Shown piece after piece: positions 14,616-29,959 of a stretch of DNA of 64,000 nt (positions are counted from its first letter, which is position 1; the number at the start of each line of letters is the position of its first letter). The DNA comes from Eledone cirrhosa (taxonomy: Eukaryota). Location of the stretch: NCBI GenBank assembly GCA_964016885.1, contig OZ024742.1:346828001-346892000 (forward strand), given 5' to 3'. The position numbers and the translations under genes are program-made. A model generated the notes under the pieces. That model saw only the letters and a list, made by a program, of their open reading frames with translations, had not been told where the DNA came from and searched no databases.

Positions 14616-17600
14616 GATACGTGTAATATAAGCCTACATTAAGATACTTGTAATATAAGTCTACATTAAGATACTTGTAATATAATCCTACATTAAGATA
14701 CGTGTAATATAAGCCTACATTAAGATACTTGTAATATAAGCCCACATTAAGATACTTGTAATATAAGCCTACATTAAGATACGTGTAATATAAGCCTACA
14801 TTAAGATACTTGTAATATAAGTCTACATTAAGATACGTGTAATATAAGCCCACATTAAGATACTTGTAATATAAGCCTACATTAAGATACTTGTAATATA
14901 AGCCCACATTAAGATACTTGTAATATAAGCCTACATTAAGATACGTGTAATATAAGCCCACATTAAGTTACTTGTAATATAAGTCTACATTAAGATACGT
15001 GTAATATAAGCCTACATTAAGTTACTTGTAATTTAAGCCCACATTAAGATACTTGTATTATAAGCCTACATTAAGATACTTGTAATATAATCCCACATTA
15101 AGATACATATAATATAATCCCACATTAAGATACGAGTAATATAATCCTACATTAAGATACGTGTAATATAAGCCAACATTAAGATACTTGTAATATAAGC
15201 CCACATTAAGATACTTGTAATATAAGCCAACATTAAGATACTTGTAATATAAGCCTACATTAAGATACGTGTAACATAAGCCTACATTAAGATACTTGTA
15301 ATATAAGTCTACATTAAGATACGAATAATATAAGCCCACATTAAGATACTTGTAATATAAGCCTACATTAAGATACTTGTAATATAAGCCCACATTAAGA
15401 TACTTGTAATATAAGCCTACATTAAGATACGTGTAATATAAGCCTACATTAAGTTACTTGTAATATAAGCCCACATTAAGATACTTGTATTATAAGCCTA
15501 CATTAAGATACTTGTAATATAATCCCACATTAAGATACTTGTATTATAAGCCTACATTAAGATACTTGTATTATAAGCCCACATTAAGATACGTGTAATA
15601 TAAGCCAACATTAAGATACTTGTAATATAAGCCAACATTAAGATACTTGTAATATAAGCCAACATTAAGATACTTGTAATATAAGCCTACATTAAGATAC
15701 TCGTAATATAAGCCTACATTTAGATACTTGTAATATAATCCAAAATTATGATATTTGTAATATAAGCCTACATTAAGATACGTGTAATATAAGCCAACAT
15801 TAAGATACTTGTATTATAAGCCTACATTAAGATACTTGTAATATAAGCATACATTAAGATACTTGTAATATAAGCCAACATTAAGATACTTGTAATATAA
15901 GCCAACATTAAAATACTTGTAATATAAGCCTACATTAAGATACTCGTAATATAAGCCTACATTAAGATACTTGTATTATAAGCCCACATTAAGATACTTG
16001 TAATATAAGCCCATATTAAGATACTTGTAATATAAGCCTACATTAAGATACTCGTAATATAACTCTACATTAAGATACGTGTATTATAAGCCTACATTAA
16101 GATACTTGTAATATAAGCCTATATTAAGATACTTTTAACATAAGCCTTCATTAAGATACTTGTAATATAAGCCAACATTAAAATATGTGTAATATAAGCC
16201 TACATTAAGATACTTGTAATATAAGCCTACATTAAGATACTTGTAATATAATCCCACATTAAGATACTTGTAATATAAGCCAACATTAAGATACTTGTAA
16301 TATAAGCCAATATTAAGATACTTGTAATATAAGCCTAAATTAAGATACTTGTAATATAAGCCCACATTAAGATACTTGTAATATAAGCCTACATTAAGAT
16401 ACTTGTAATATAATCCCACATTAAGATACTTGTAATATAAGCCCACATTAAGATACTTGTAATATAAGCCGACATTAAGATACTTGTATTATAAGCTCAC
16501 ATTAAGATACTTGTAATATAATCCGACATTAAGATACTTGTAATATAAGCCTACATTAAGATATGTGTAATATAAGCCAACATTAAGATACTTGTAATAT
16601 AAGCCTGCATTAAGATACTTGTAATATAAGTCTACATTAAGATACTTGTATTATAAGCCTACATTAAGATACTTGTAATATAATCCAACATTAAGATACT
16701 TGTAATATAAGCCTACATTAAGATACACGTAATATAAGCCCACATTAAGATACTTCTAATATAAGCCTACATTAAGATACTTGTATTATAAGCCGACATT
16801 AAGATACTTGTAATATAATCCCACATTAAGATACTTGTAATATAATCCCACATTAAGATACTTGTAATATAAGCCAACATTAAGATACTTGTAATATAAG
16901 CCTACATTAAGATACTTGTAATATAAGCCCGCATTAAGATACTTGTAATATAACCCTACATTAAGATACTTGTAATATAATCCCACATTAATATACTTAT
17001 AATATAATCCCACATTAAGATACTTGTAATATAAGCCTTCATTAAGATACGTGTAATATAAGTCAACATCAAGATACTTGTAACATAAGCCTACATTAAG
17101 ATACTTGTAATACAAGCCCACATTAAGATACTTGTAATATAATCCCACATTAAGATACTTATAATATAATCCCACGTTAAGGTACGTGTAATATAAGCCT
17201 ACATTAAGATACTTGTATTATAAGCCCACATTAAGATACTAGTAATATAAGCCCACATTAAGATACTTGTAATATAAGCCAACATTAAGATACGTGTAAT
17301 ATAAGCCTACATTAAGATACTTGTATTATAAGCCCACATTAAGATACTTGTAATATAAGCCAACATTAAGATACTTGTAATATAAGCCTACATTAAGATA
17401 CTTGTATTATAAGCCTACATTAAGATACTTGTAATATAAGCCTACATTAAGATACTTGTATTATAAGCCTTCATTGAGATACTTGTAATATAAGCCTACA
17501 TTAAGATACTTGTATTATAAGCCTACATTAAGATACTTGCATTATTAGCCCACATTAAGATACTTGTAATATAAGCCTACATTAAGATACTTGTATTATA

Positions 17601-17876
17601 AGCCCACATTAAGATACGTGTAACATAAGCCAACATTAAGAGACTTGTAATATAAGTCTACATTAAGATACTTGTAATATAATCCCAAATTAAGATACGT
17701 GTAATATAAACCTACATTAAGATACTTGTAATATAAGCCCACATTAAGATACGTGTAATATAAGCCAACATTAAGATACTTGTAATATAAGTCTACATTA
17801 AGATACGTGTAATATAAGCCCACATTAAAATACTTGTAATATAAGTCTACATTAAGATACTTGTAATATAAGCCTA

Positions 17877-20800
17877 CATTAAGATACTTGTATTATAAGC
17901 CTACATTAAGATACTTGTATTATAAGCCCACATTAAGATACTTGTAATATAATCCCACATTAAGATACTTGTAATATAATCCCACATTACGATACTTGTT
18001 ATATAATCCCACATTAAAATACTTGTAATATAAGCCTACATTAAGATACTTGTAATATAATCCCACATTAAGATATTTGTAATATAAGCCTACATTAAGA
18101 TACTTGTAATATAAGTCTACATTAAGATACTTGTAATATAAGCCCACATTAAGATACTTGTAATATAAGCCAACATTAAGATACTTGTATTATAAGCCTA
18201 CATTAAGATACTTGTAATATAAGCCTACATTAAGATACTTGTAATATAAGCCTACATTAAGATACTCGTAATGTAATCCTACATTAAGATACTTGTATTA
18301 TAAGCCTACATTAAGATACTTGTATTATAAGCCGACATTAAGATACTTGTAATATAAGCCCATATTAAGATATTTGTAATATAAGCCTACATTAAGATAC
18401 TCGTAATATAAGTCTACATTAAGATACGTGTAATATAAGCCTACATTAAGATACTTGTATTATAAGTCAACATTAAGATACTTGTAATATAAGCCAACAT
18501 TAAGATACTTGTAATATAAGCCAACATTAAGATACTTGTATTATAAGCCTACATTAAGATACTCGTAATATAAGCCTACATTAAGATACTTGTATTATAA
18601 GCCTACATTAAGATACTTGTATTATAAGCCCACATTAAGATACTTGTAATATAAGCCTACATTAATATACTTGTAATATAAGCCTACATTAAGATACTTG
18701 TATTATAAGCCAACATTAAGATACGTGTAATATAAGCCAACATTAAGAGACTTGTAATATAAGTCTACATTAAGATACTTGTAATATAATCCCACATTAA
18801 GATACGTGTAATATAAGCCTACATTAAGATACTTGTAATATAAGCCTACATTAAGATACTTGTAATATAAGCTTACATTAAGATACGTGTAATATAAGCC
18901 TACATTAAGATACGTGTAATATAAGCACACATTAAGATACTTGTATTATAAGCCTACATTAAGATACTTGTAATATAAGCCAACATTAAGATACTTGTAA
19001 TATAAGCCTACATTAAGATACGTGTAATATAAGCCTACATTAAGTTACTTGTAATATAAGCCCACATTAAGATACTTGTATTATAAGCCTACATTAAGAT
19101 ACTTGTAATATAATCCCACATTAAGATACATATAATATAATCCCACATTAAGATACGTGTAATATAAGCCGAGATTAAGATACGTGTAATATAAGCCAAC
19201 ATTAAGATACTTGTAATATAAGCCCACATTAAGATACTTGTAATATAAGCCCACATTAAGATACTTGTAATATAAGCCTACATTAAGATACGTGTAATAT
19301 AAGCCTACATTAAGATACTTGTAATATAAGTCTACATTAAGATACGTGTAATATAAGCCGACATTAAGATACTTGTAATATAACCCTACATTAAGATACT
19401 TGTAATATAAGCCTACATTAACATACTTGTAATATAAGCCTACATTAAGATACGTGTAATATAAGCCTACATTAAGTTACTTGTAATATAAGCCGACATT
19501 AAGATACTTGTATTATAAGCCTACATTAAGATACTTGTAATATAATCCCACATTAAGATAATTATAATATAATCCCACATTAAGATACGTGTAATATAAG
19601 CCTACATTAAGATACGTGTAATATAAGCCAACATTAAGATACTTGTAATATAAGCCCACATTAAGATACTTGTAATATAAGCCTACATTAAGATACTTGT
19701 AATATAAGCCTACATTAAGATACTTGTATTATAAGCCTACATTAAGATACTTGTATTATAAGCCCACATTAAGATACTTGTAATATAAGCCTACATTAAG
19801 ATACTTGTATTATAAGCCTACATTAAGATACTTGTAATATAATCCCACATTAAGATACTTGTAATATAATCCCACATTACGATACTTGTTATATAATCCC
19901 ACATTAAAATACTTGTAATATAAGCCGACATTAAGATACTTGTAATATAATCCCACATTCAGATATTTGTAATATAAGCCTACATTAACATACGTGTAAT
20001 ATAAGCCAACATTAAGATACTTGTAATATAAGCCTACATTAAGATACTCGTAATATAAGCCTACATTAAGATACTTGTAATATAAGCCTACATTAAGATA
20101 CTTGTAATATAAGCCTACATTAAATACTCGTAATATAAGCCTACATTAAGATACTTGTATTATAAGCCAACATTAAGATACTTGTATTATAAGCCCACAT
20201 TAAGATACTTGTAATATAAGGGCATATTAAGATACTTGTAATATAAGCTCACATTAAGATAGTCGTAATATAAGTCTACATTAAGATACGTGTAATATAA
20301 GCCTACATTAAGATACTTGTATTATAAGTCAACATTAAGATACTTGTAATATAAGCCCACATTAAGATACTTGTAATATAAGCCAACATTAAGATATTTG
20401 TATTATAAGCTTACATTAAGATACTTGTAATATAAGCCTACATTAAGATACTTGTAATATAAGCCAACCTTAAGATACTTGTAATATAAGCCAACATTAA
20501 GATACTTGTAATATAAGCCTACATTAAGATACTTATAATATAAGCCTACATTAAGATACTTGTATTATAAGCCTACATTAAGATACTTGTATTATTAGCC
20601 CACATTAAGATACATGTAATATAAGCCTACATTAAGATACTTGTATTATAAGCCCACATTAAGATACGTGTAATATAAGCCAACATTAAGATACTTGTAA
20701 TATAAGTCTACATTAAGATACTTGTAATATAAGCCCACATTAAGATACTTGTAATATAAGCCAACATTAAGATACTTGTATTATAAGCCTACATTAAGAT

Positions 20801-23800
20801 ACTTGTAATATAAGCCTACATTAAGATACTTGTAATATAAGCCTACATTAAGATACTCGTAATATAATCCTACATTAAGATACTTGTATTATAAGCCTAC
20901 ATTAAGATACTTGTATTATAAGCCCACATTAAGATACTTGTAATATAAGCCCATATTAAGATATTTGTAATATAAGCTCACATTAAGATACTCGTAATAT
21001 AAGTCTACATTAAGATACGTGTAATATAAGCCTACATTAAGATACTTGTATTATAAGTCAACATTAAGATACTTGTAATATAAGCCAACATTAAGATACT
21101 TGTAATATAAGCCAACATTAAGATACTTGTATTATAAGCCTACATTAAGATACTCGTAATATAAGCCTACATTAAGATACTTGTATTATAAGCCTACATT
21201 AAGATACTTGTATTATAAGCCCACATTAAGATACTTGTAATATAAGCCTACATTAAGATACTTGTAATATAAGCCTACATTAAGATACTTGTATTATAAG
21301 CCAACATTAAGATACGTGTAATATAAGCCAACATTAAGAGACTTGTAATATAAGTCTACATTAAGATACTTGTAATATAATCCCACATTAAGATACGTGT
21401 AATATAAGCCTACATTAAGATACTTGTAATATAAGCCTACATTAAGATACTTGTAATATAAGCTTACAGTAAGATACGTGTAATATAAGCCTACATTAAG
21501 ATACTTGTAATATAAGTCTACATTAAGATACGTGTAATATAAGCACACATTAAGATACTTGTATTATAAGCCTACATTAAGATACTTGTAATATAAGCCA
21601 ACATTAAGATACTTGTAATATAAGCCTACATTAAGATACGTGTAATATAAGCCTACATTAAGTTACTTGTAATATAAGCCAACATTAAGATACTTGCATT
21701 ATAAGCCTACATTAAGATACTTGTAATATAATCCCACATTAAGATACATATAATATAATCCCACATTAAGATACGTGTAATATAAGCCGACATTAAGATA
21801 CGTGTAATATAAGCCAACATTAAGATACTTGTAATATAAGCCCACATTAAGATACTTGTAATATAAGCCCACATTAAGATACTTGTAATATAAGCCTACA
21901 TTAAGATACGTGTAATATAAGCCTACATTAAGATACTTGTAATATAAGTCTACATTAAGATACGTGTAATATAAGCCGACATTAAGATACTTGTAATATA
22001 ACCCTACATTAAGATACTTGTAATATAAGCCTACATTAAGATACTTGTAATATAAGCCTACATTAAGATACGTGTAATATAAGCCTACATTAAGTTACTT
22101 GTAATATAAGCCGACATTAAGATACTTGTATTATAAGCCTACATTAAGATACTTGTAATATAATCCCACATTAAGATACTTATAATATAATCCCACATTA
22201 AGATACGTGTAATATAAGCCTACATTAAGATACGTGTAATATAAGCCAACATTAAGATACTTGTAATATAAGCCCACATTAAGATACTTGTAATATAAGC
22301 CTACATTAAGATACTTGTAATATAAGCCTACATTAAGATACTTGTATTATAAGCCTACATTAAGATACTTGTATTATAAGCCTACATTAAGATACTTGTA
22401 ATATAAGCCTACATTAAGATACTTGTATTATAAGCCTGCATTAAGATACTTGTAATATAATCCCACATTAAGATACTTGTAATATAATCCCACATTAAAA
22501 TACTTGTAATATAAGCCGACATTAAGATACTTGTAAAATAATCCAACATTCAGATATTTGTAATATAAGCCTACATTAACATACGTGTAATATAAGCCAA
22601 CATTAAGATACTTGTAATATAAGCCTACATTAAGATACTCGTAATATAAGCCTACATTAAGATACTTGTAATATAAGCCCACATTAAGATACTTGTAATA
22701 TAAGCCTACATTAAATACTCGTAATATAAGCCTACATTAAGATACTTGTATTATAAGCCTACATTAAGATACTTGTATTATAAGCCCACATTAAGATACT
22801 TGTAATATAAGGCCATATTAAGATACTTGTAATATAAGCTCACATTAAGATAGTCGTAATATAAGTCTACATTAAGATACGTGTAATATAAGCCTACATT
22901 AAGATACTTGTATTATAAGTCAACATTAAGATACTTGTAATATAAGCCCACATTAAGATACTTGTAATATAAGCCAACATTAAGATATTTGTATTATAAG
23001 CCTACATTAAGATACTTGTAATATAAGCCTACATTAAGATACTTGTAATATAAGCCAACCTTAAGATACTTGTAATATAAGCCAACATTAAGATACTTGT
23101 AATATAAGCCTACATTAAGATACTTATAATATAAGCCTACATTAAGATACTTGTATTATAAGCCTACATTAAGATATTGTATTATTAGCCCACATTAAGA
23201 TACTTGTAATATAAGCCTACATTAAGATACTTGTATTATAAGCCCACATTAAGATACGTGTAATATAAGCCAACATTAAGAGACTTGTAATATAAGTCTA
23301 CATTAAGATACTTGTAATATAATCCCACATTAAGATACGTGTAATATAAGCCTACATTAAGATACTTGTAATATAAGCCCACATTAAGATACTTGTAATA
23401 TAAGCCTACATTAAGATACTTGTAATATAAGTCTACATTAAGATACGTGTAATATAACCCCACATTAAGATACTTGTAATATAAGCCTACATTAAGATAC
23501 TTGTAATATAAGCACACATTAAGATACTTGTAATATAAGCCTACATTAAGATACGTGTAATATAAGCCTACATTAATTTACTTGTAATATAAGCCCACAT
23601 TAAGATACTTGTATTATAAGCCTACATTAAGATACTTGTAATATAATCCCACATTAAGATACTTATAATATAATCCCACATTAAGATACGTGTAATATAA
23701 GCCTACATTATGATACGTGTAATATAAGCCAACATTAAGATACTTGTAATATAAGCCAACATTAAGATACTTGTATTATAAGCCTACATTAAGATACTTG

Positions 23801-26800
23801 TATTATAAGCCCACATTAAGATACTTGTAATATAATCCCACATTAAGATACTTGTAATATAATCCCACATTACGATACTTGTTATATAATCCCACATTAA
23901 AATACTTGTAATATAAGCCTACATTAAGATACTTGTAATATAATCCCACATTAAGATATTTGTAATATAAGCCTACATTAAGATACTTGTAATATAAGTC
24001 TACATTAAGATACTTGTAATATAAGCCCACATTAAGATACTTGTAATATAAGCCAACATTAAGATACTTGTATTATAAGCCTACATTAAGATACTTGTAA
24101 TATAAGCCTACATTAAGATACTTGTAATATAAGCCTACATTAAGATACTCGTAATGTAATCCTACATTAAGATACTTGTATTATAAGCCTACATTAAGAT
24201 ACTTGTATTATAAGCCGACATTAAGATACTTGTAATATAAGCCCATATTAAGATATTTGTAATATAAGCCTACATTAAGATACTCGTAATATAAGTCTAC
24301 ATTAAGATACGTGTAATATAAGCCTACATTAAGATACTTGTATTATAAGTCAACATTAAGATACTTGTAATATAAGCCAACATTAAGATACTTGTAATAT
24401 AAGCCAACATTAAGATACTTGTATTATAAGCCTACATTAAGATACTCGTAATATAAGCCTACATTAAGATACTTGTATTATAAGCCTACATTAAGATACT
24501 TGTATTATAAGCCCACATTAAGATACTTGTAATATAAGCCTACATTAATATACTTGTAATATAAGCCTACATTAAGATACTTGTATTATAAGCCAACATT
24601 AAGATACGTGTAATATAAGCCAACATTAAGAGACTTGTAATATAAGTCTACATTAAGATACTTGTAATATAATCCCACATTAAGATACGTGTAATATAAG
24701 CCTACATTAAGATACTTGTAATATAAGCCTACATTAAGATACTTGTAATATAAGCTTACATTAAGATACGTGTAATATAAGCCTACATTAAGATACGTGT
24801 AATATAAGCACACATTAAGATACTTGTATTATAAGCCTACATTAAGATACTTGTAATATAAGCCAACATTAAGATACTTGTAATATAAGCCTACATTAAG
24901 ATACGTGTAATATAAGCCTACATTAAGTTACTTGTAATATAAGCCCACATTAAGATACTTGTATTATAAGCCTACATTAAGATACTTGTAATATAATCCC
25001 ACATTAAGATACATATAATATAATCCCACATTAAGATACGTGTAATATAAGCCGACATTAAGATACGTGTAATATAAGCCAACATTAAGATACTTGTAAT
25101 ATAAGCCCACATTAAGATACTTGTAATATAAGCCCACATTAAGATACTTGTAATATAAGCCTACATTAAGATACGTGTAATATAAGCCTACATTAAGATA
25201 CTTGTAATATAAGTCTACATTAAGATACGTGTAATATAAGCCGACATTAAGATACTTGTAATATAACCCTACATTAAGATACTTGTAATATAAGCCTACA
25301 TTAACATACTTGTAATATAAGCCTACATTAAGATACGTGTAATATAAGCCTACATTAAGTTACTTGTAATATAAGCCGACATTAAGATACTTGTATTATA
25401 AGCCTACATTAAGATACTTGTAATATAATCCCACATTAAGATAATTATAATATAATCCCACATTAAGATACGTGTAATATAAGCCTACATTAAGATACGT
25501 GTAATATAAGCCAACATTAAGATACTTGTAATATAAGCCCACATTAAGATACTTGTAATATAAGCCTACATTAAGATACTTGTAATATAAGCCTACATTA
25601 AGATACTTGTATTATAAGCCTACATTAAGATACTTGTATTATAAGCCCACATTAAGATACTTGTAATATAAGCCTACATTAAGATACTTGTATTATAAGC
25701 CTACATTAAGATACTTGTAATATAATCCCACATTAAGATACTTGTAATATAATCCCACATTACGATACTTGTTATATAATCCCACATTAAAATACTTGTA
25801 ATATAAGCCGACATTAAGATACTTGTAATATAATCCCACATTCAGATATTTGTAATATAAGCCTACATTAACATACGTGTAATATAAGCCAACATTAAGA
25901 TACTTGTAATATAAGCCTACATTAAGATACTCGTAATATAAGCCTACATTAAGATACTTGTAATATAAGCCTACATTAAGATACTTGTAATATAAGCCTA
26001 CATTAAATACTCGTAATATAAGCCTACATTAAGATACTTGTATTATAAGCCAACATTAAGATACTTGTATTATAAGCCCACATTAAGATACTTGTAATAT
26101 AAGGGCATATTAAGATACTTGTAATATAAGCTCACATTAAGATAGTCGTAATATAAGTCTACATTAAGATACGTGTAATATAAGCCTACATTAAGATACT
26201 TGTATTATAAGTCAACATTAAGATACTTGTAATATAAGCCCACATTAAGATACTTGTAATATAAGCCAACATTAAGATATTTGTATTATAAGCTTACATT
26301 AAGATACTTGTAATATAAGCCTACATTAAGATACTTGTAATATAAGCCAACCTTAAGATACTTGTAATATAAGCCAACATTAAGATACTTGTAATATAAG
26401 CCTACATTAAGATACTTATAATATAAGCCTACATTAAGATACTTGTATTATAAGCCTACATTAAGATACTTGTATTATTAGCCCACATTAAGATACATGT
26501 AATATAAGCCTACATTAAGATACTTGTATTATAAGCCCACATTAAGATACGTGTAATATAAGCCAACATTAAGATACTTGTAATATAAGTCTACATTAAG
26601 ATACTTGTAATATAAGCCCACATTAAGATACTTGTAATATAAGCCAACATTAAGATACTTGTATTATAAGCCTACATTAAGATACTTGTAATATAAGCCT
26701 ACATTAAGATACTTGTAATATAAGCCTACATTAAGATACTCGTAATATAATCCTACATTAAGATACTTGTATTATAAGCCTACATTAAGATACTTGTATT

Positions 26801-29642
26801 ATAAGCCCACATTAAGATACTTGTAATATAAGCCCATATTAAGATATTTGTAATATAAGCTCACATTAAGATACTCGTAATATAAGTCTACATTAAGATA
26901 CGTGTAATATAAGCCTACATTAAGATACTTGTATTATAAGTCAACATTAAGATACTTGTAATATAAGCCAACATTAAGATACTTGTAATATAAGCCAACA
27001 TTAAGATACTTGTATTATAAGCCTACATTAAGATACTCGTAATATAAGCCTACATTAAGATACTTGTATTATAAGCCTACATTAAGATACTTGTATTATA
27101 AGCCCACATTAAGATACTTGTAATATAAGCCTACATTAAGATACTTGTAATATAAGCCTACATTAAGATACTTGTATTATAAGCCAACATTAAGATACGT
27201 GTAATATAAGCCAACATTAAGAGACTTGTAATATAAGTCTACATTAAGATACTTGTAATATAATCCCACATTAAGATACGTGTAATATAAGCCTACATTA
27301 AGATACTTGTAATATAAGCCTACATTAAGATACTTGTAATATAAGCTTACAGTAAGATACGTGTAATATAAGCCTACATTAAGATACTTGTAATATAAGT
27401 CTACATTAAGATACGTGTAATATAAGCACACATTAAGATACTTGTATTATAAGCCTACATTAAGATACTTGTAATATAAGCCAACATTAAGATACTTGTA
27501 ATATAAGCCTACATTAAGATACGTGTAATATAAGCCTACATTAAGTTACTTGTAATATAAGCCCACATTAAGATACTTGCATTATAAGCCTACATTAAGA
27601 TACTTGTAATATAATCCCACATTAAGATACATATAATATAATCCCACATTAAGATACGTGTAATATAAGCCGACATTAAGATACGTGTAATATAAGCCAA
27701 CATTAAGATACTTGTAATATAAGCCCACATTAAGATACTTGTAATATAAGCCCACATTAAGATACTTGTAATATAAGCCTACATTAAGATACGTGTAATA
27801 TAAGCCTACATTAAGATACTTGTAATATAAGTCTACATTAAGATACGTGTAATATAAGCCGACATTAAGATACTTGTAATATAACCCTACATTAAGATAC
27901 TTGTAATATAAGCCTACATTAAGATACTTGTAATATAAGCCTACATTAAGATACGTGTAATATAAGCCTACATTAAGTTACTTGTAATATAAGCCGACAT
28001 TAAGATACTTGTATTATAAGCCTACATTAAGATACTTGTAATATAATCCCACATTAAGATACTTATAATATAATCCCACATTAAGATACGTGTAATATAA
28101 GCCTACATTAAGATACGTGTAATATAAGCCAACATTAAGATACTTGTAATATAAGCCCACATTAAGATACTTGTAATATAAGCCTACATTAAGATACTTG
28201 TAATATAAGCCTACATTAAGATACTTGTATTATAAGCCTACATTAAGATACTTGTATTATAAGCCCACATTAAGATACTTGTAATATAAGCCTACATTAA
28301 GATACTTGTATTATAAGCCTGCATTAAGATACTTGTAATATAATCCCACATTAAGATACTTGTAATATAATCCCACATTAAAATACTTGTAATATAAGCC
28401 GACATTAAGATACTTGTAAAATAATCCAACATTCAGATATTTGTAATATAAGCCTACATTAACATACGTGTAATATAAGCCAACATTAAGATACTTGTAA
28501 TATAAGCCTACATTAAGATACTCGTAATATAAGCCTACATTAAGATACTTGTAATATAAGCCCACATTAAGATACTTGTAATATAAGCCTACATTAAATA
28601 CTCGTAATATAAGCCTACATTAAGATACTTGTATTATAAGCCTACATTAAGATACTTGTATTATAAGCCCACATTAAGATACTTGTAATATAAGGCCATA
28701 TTAAGATACTTGTAATATAAGCTCACATTAAGATAGTCGTAATATAAGTCTACATTAAGATACGTGTAATATAAGCCTACATTAAGATACTTGTATTATA
28801 AGTCAACATTAAGATACTTGTAATATAAGCCCACATTAAGATACTTGTAATATAAGCCAACATTAAGATATTTGTATTATAAGCCTACATTAAGATACTT
28901 GTAATATAAGCCTACATTAAGATACTTGTAATATAAGCCAACCTTAAGATACTTGTAATATAAGCCAACATTAAGATACTTGTAATATAAGCCTACATTA
29001 AGATACTTATAATATAAGCCTACATTAAGATACTTGTATTATAAGCCTACATTAAGATATTGTATTATTAGCCCACATTAAGATACTTGTAATATAAGCC
29101 TACATTAAGATACTTGTATTATAAGCCCACATTAAGATACGTGTAATATAAGCCAACATTAAGAGACTTGTAATATAAGTCTACATTAAGATACTTGTAA
29201 TATAATCCCACATTAAGATACGTGTAATATAAGCCTACATTAAGATACTTGTAATATAAGCCCACATTAAGATACTTGTAATATAAGCCTACATTAAGAT
29301 ACTTGTAATATAAGTCTACATTAAGATACGTGTAATATAACCCCACATTAAGATACTTGTAATATAAGCCTACATTAAGATACTTGTAATATAAGCACAC
29401 ATTAAGATACTTGTAATATAAGCCTACATTAAGATACGTGTAATATAAGCCTACATTAATTTACTTGTAATATAAGCCCACATTAAGATACTTGTATTAT
29501 AAGCCTACATTAAGATACTTGTAATATAATCCCACATTAAGATACTTATAATATAATCCCACATTAAGATACGTGTAATATAAGCCTACATTATGATACG
29601 TGTAATATAAGCCAACATTAAGATACTTGTAATATAAGCCAA
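17877..29642. repeat. Near-identical tandem duplication of a 5883-bp (218-monomer) block, with an older internal ~2591-bp repeat
   Basis: Five ORF pairs are offset by exactly 5883 (17920/23803, 18703/24586, 21294/27177, 22428/28311, 23236/29119). 5883 = 218x27 - 3, matching three 1-bp deletions per copy. The internal marker agtcg at 20261/22852 is offset by 2591. Confidence 0.93.
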
Positions 29643-29959
29643 CATTAAGATACTTGTAATATAAGCCGACATTAAGATACTTGTAATATAAGCCTAGATT
29701 AAGATACTCGTAATATAAGTCTACATTAAGATACGTGTAATATAAGCCTACATTAAGATACTTGTATTATAAGCCCACATTAAGATACTAGTAATATAAG
29801 CCCACATTAAGATACTTGTAATATAAGCCAACATTAAGATACTTGTAATATAAGCCTACATTAAGATATTGTATTATAAGCCTACATTAAGATACTTGTA
29901 ATATATGCCTACATTAAGATACTTGTATTATAAGCCTTCATTGAGATACTTGTAATATA

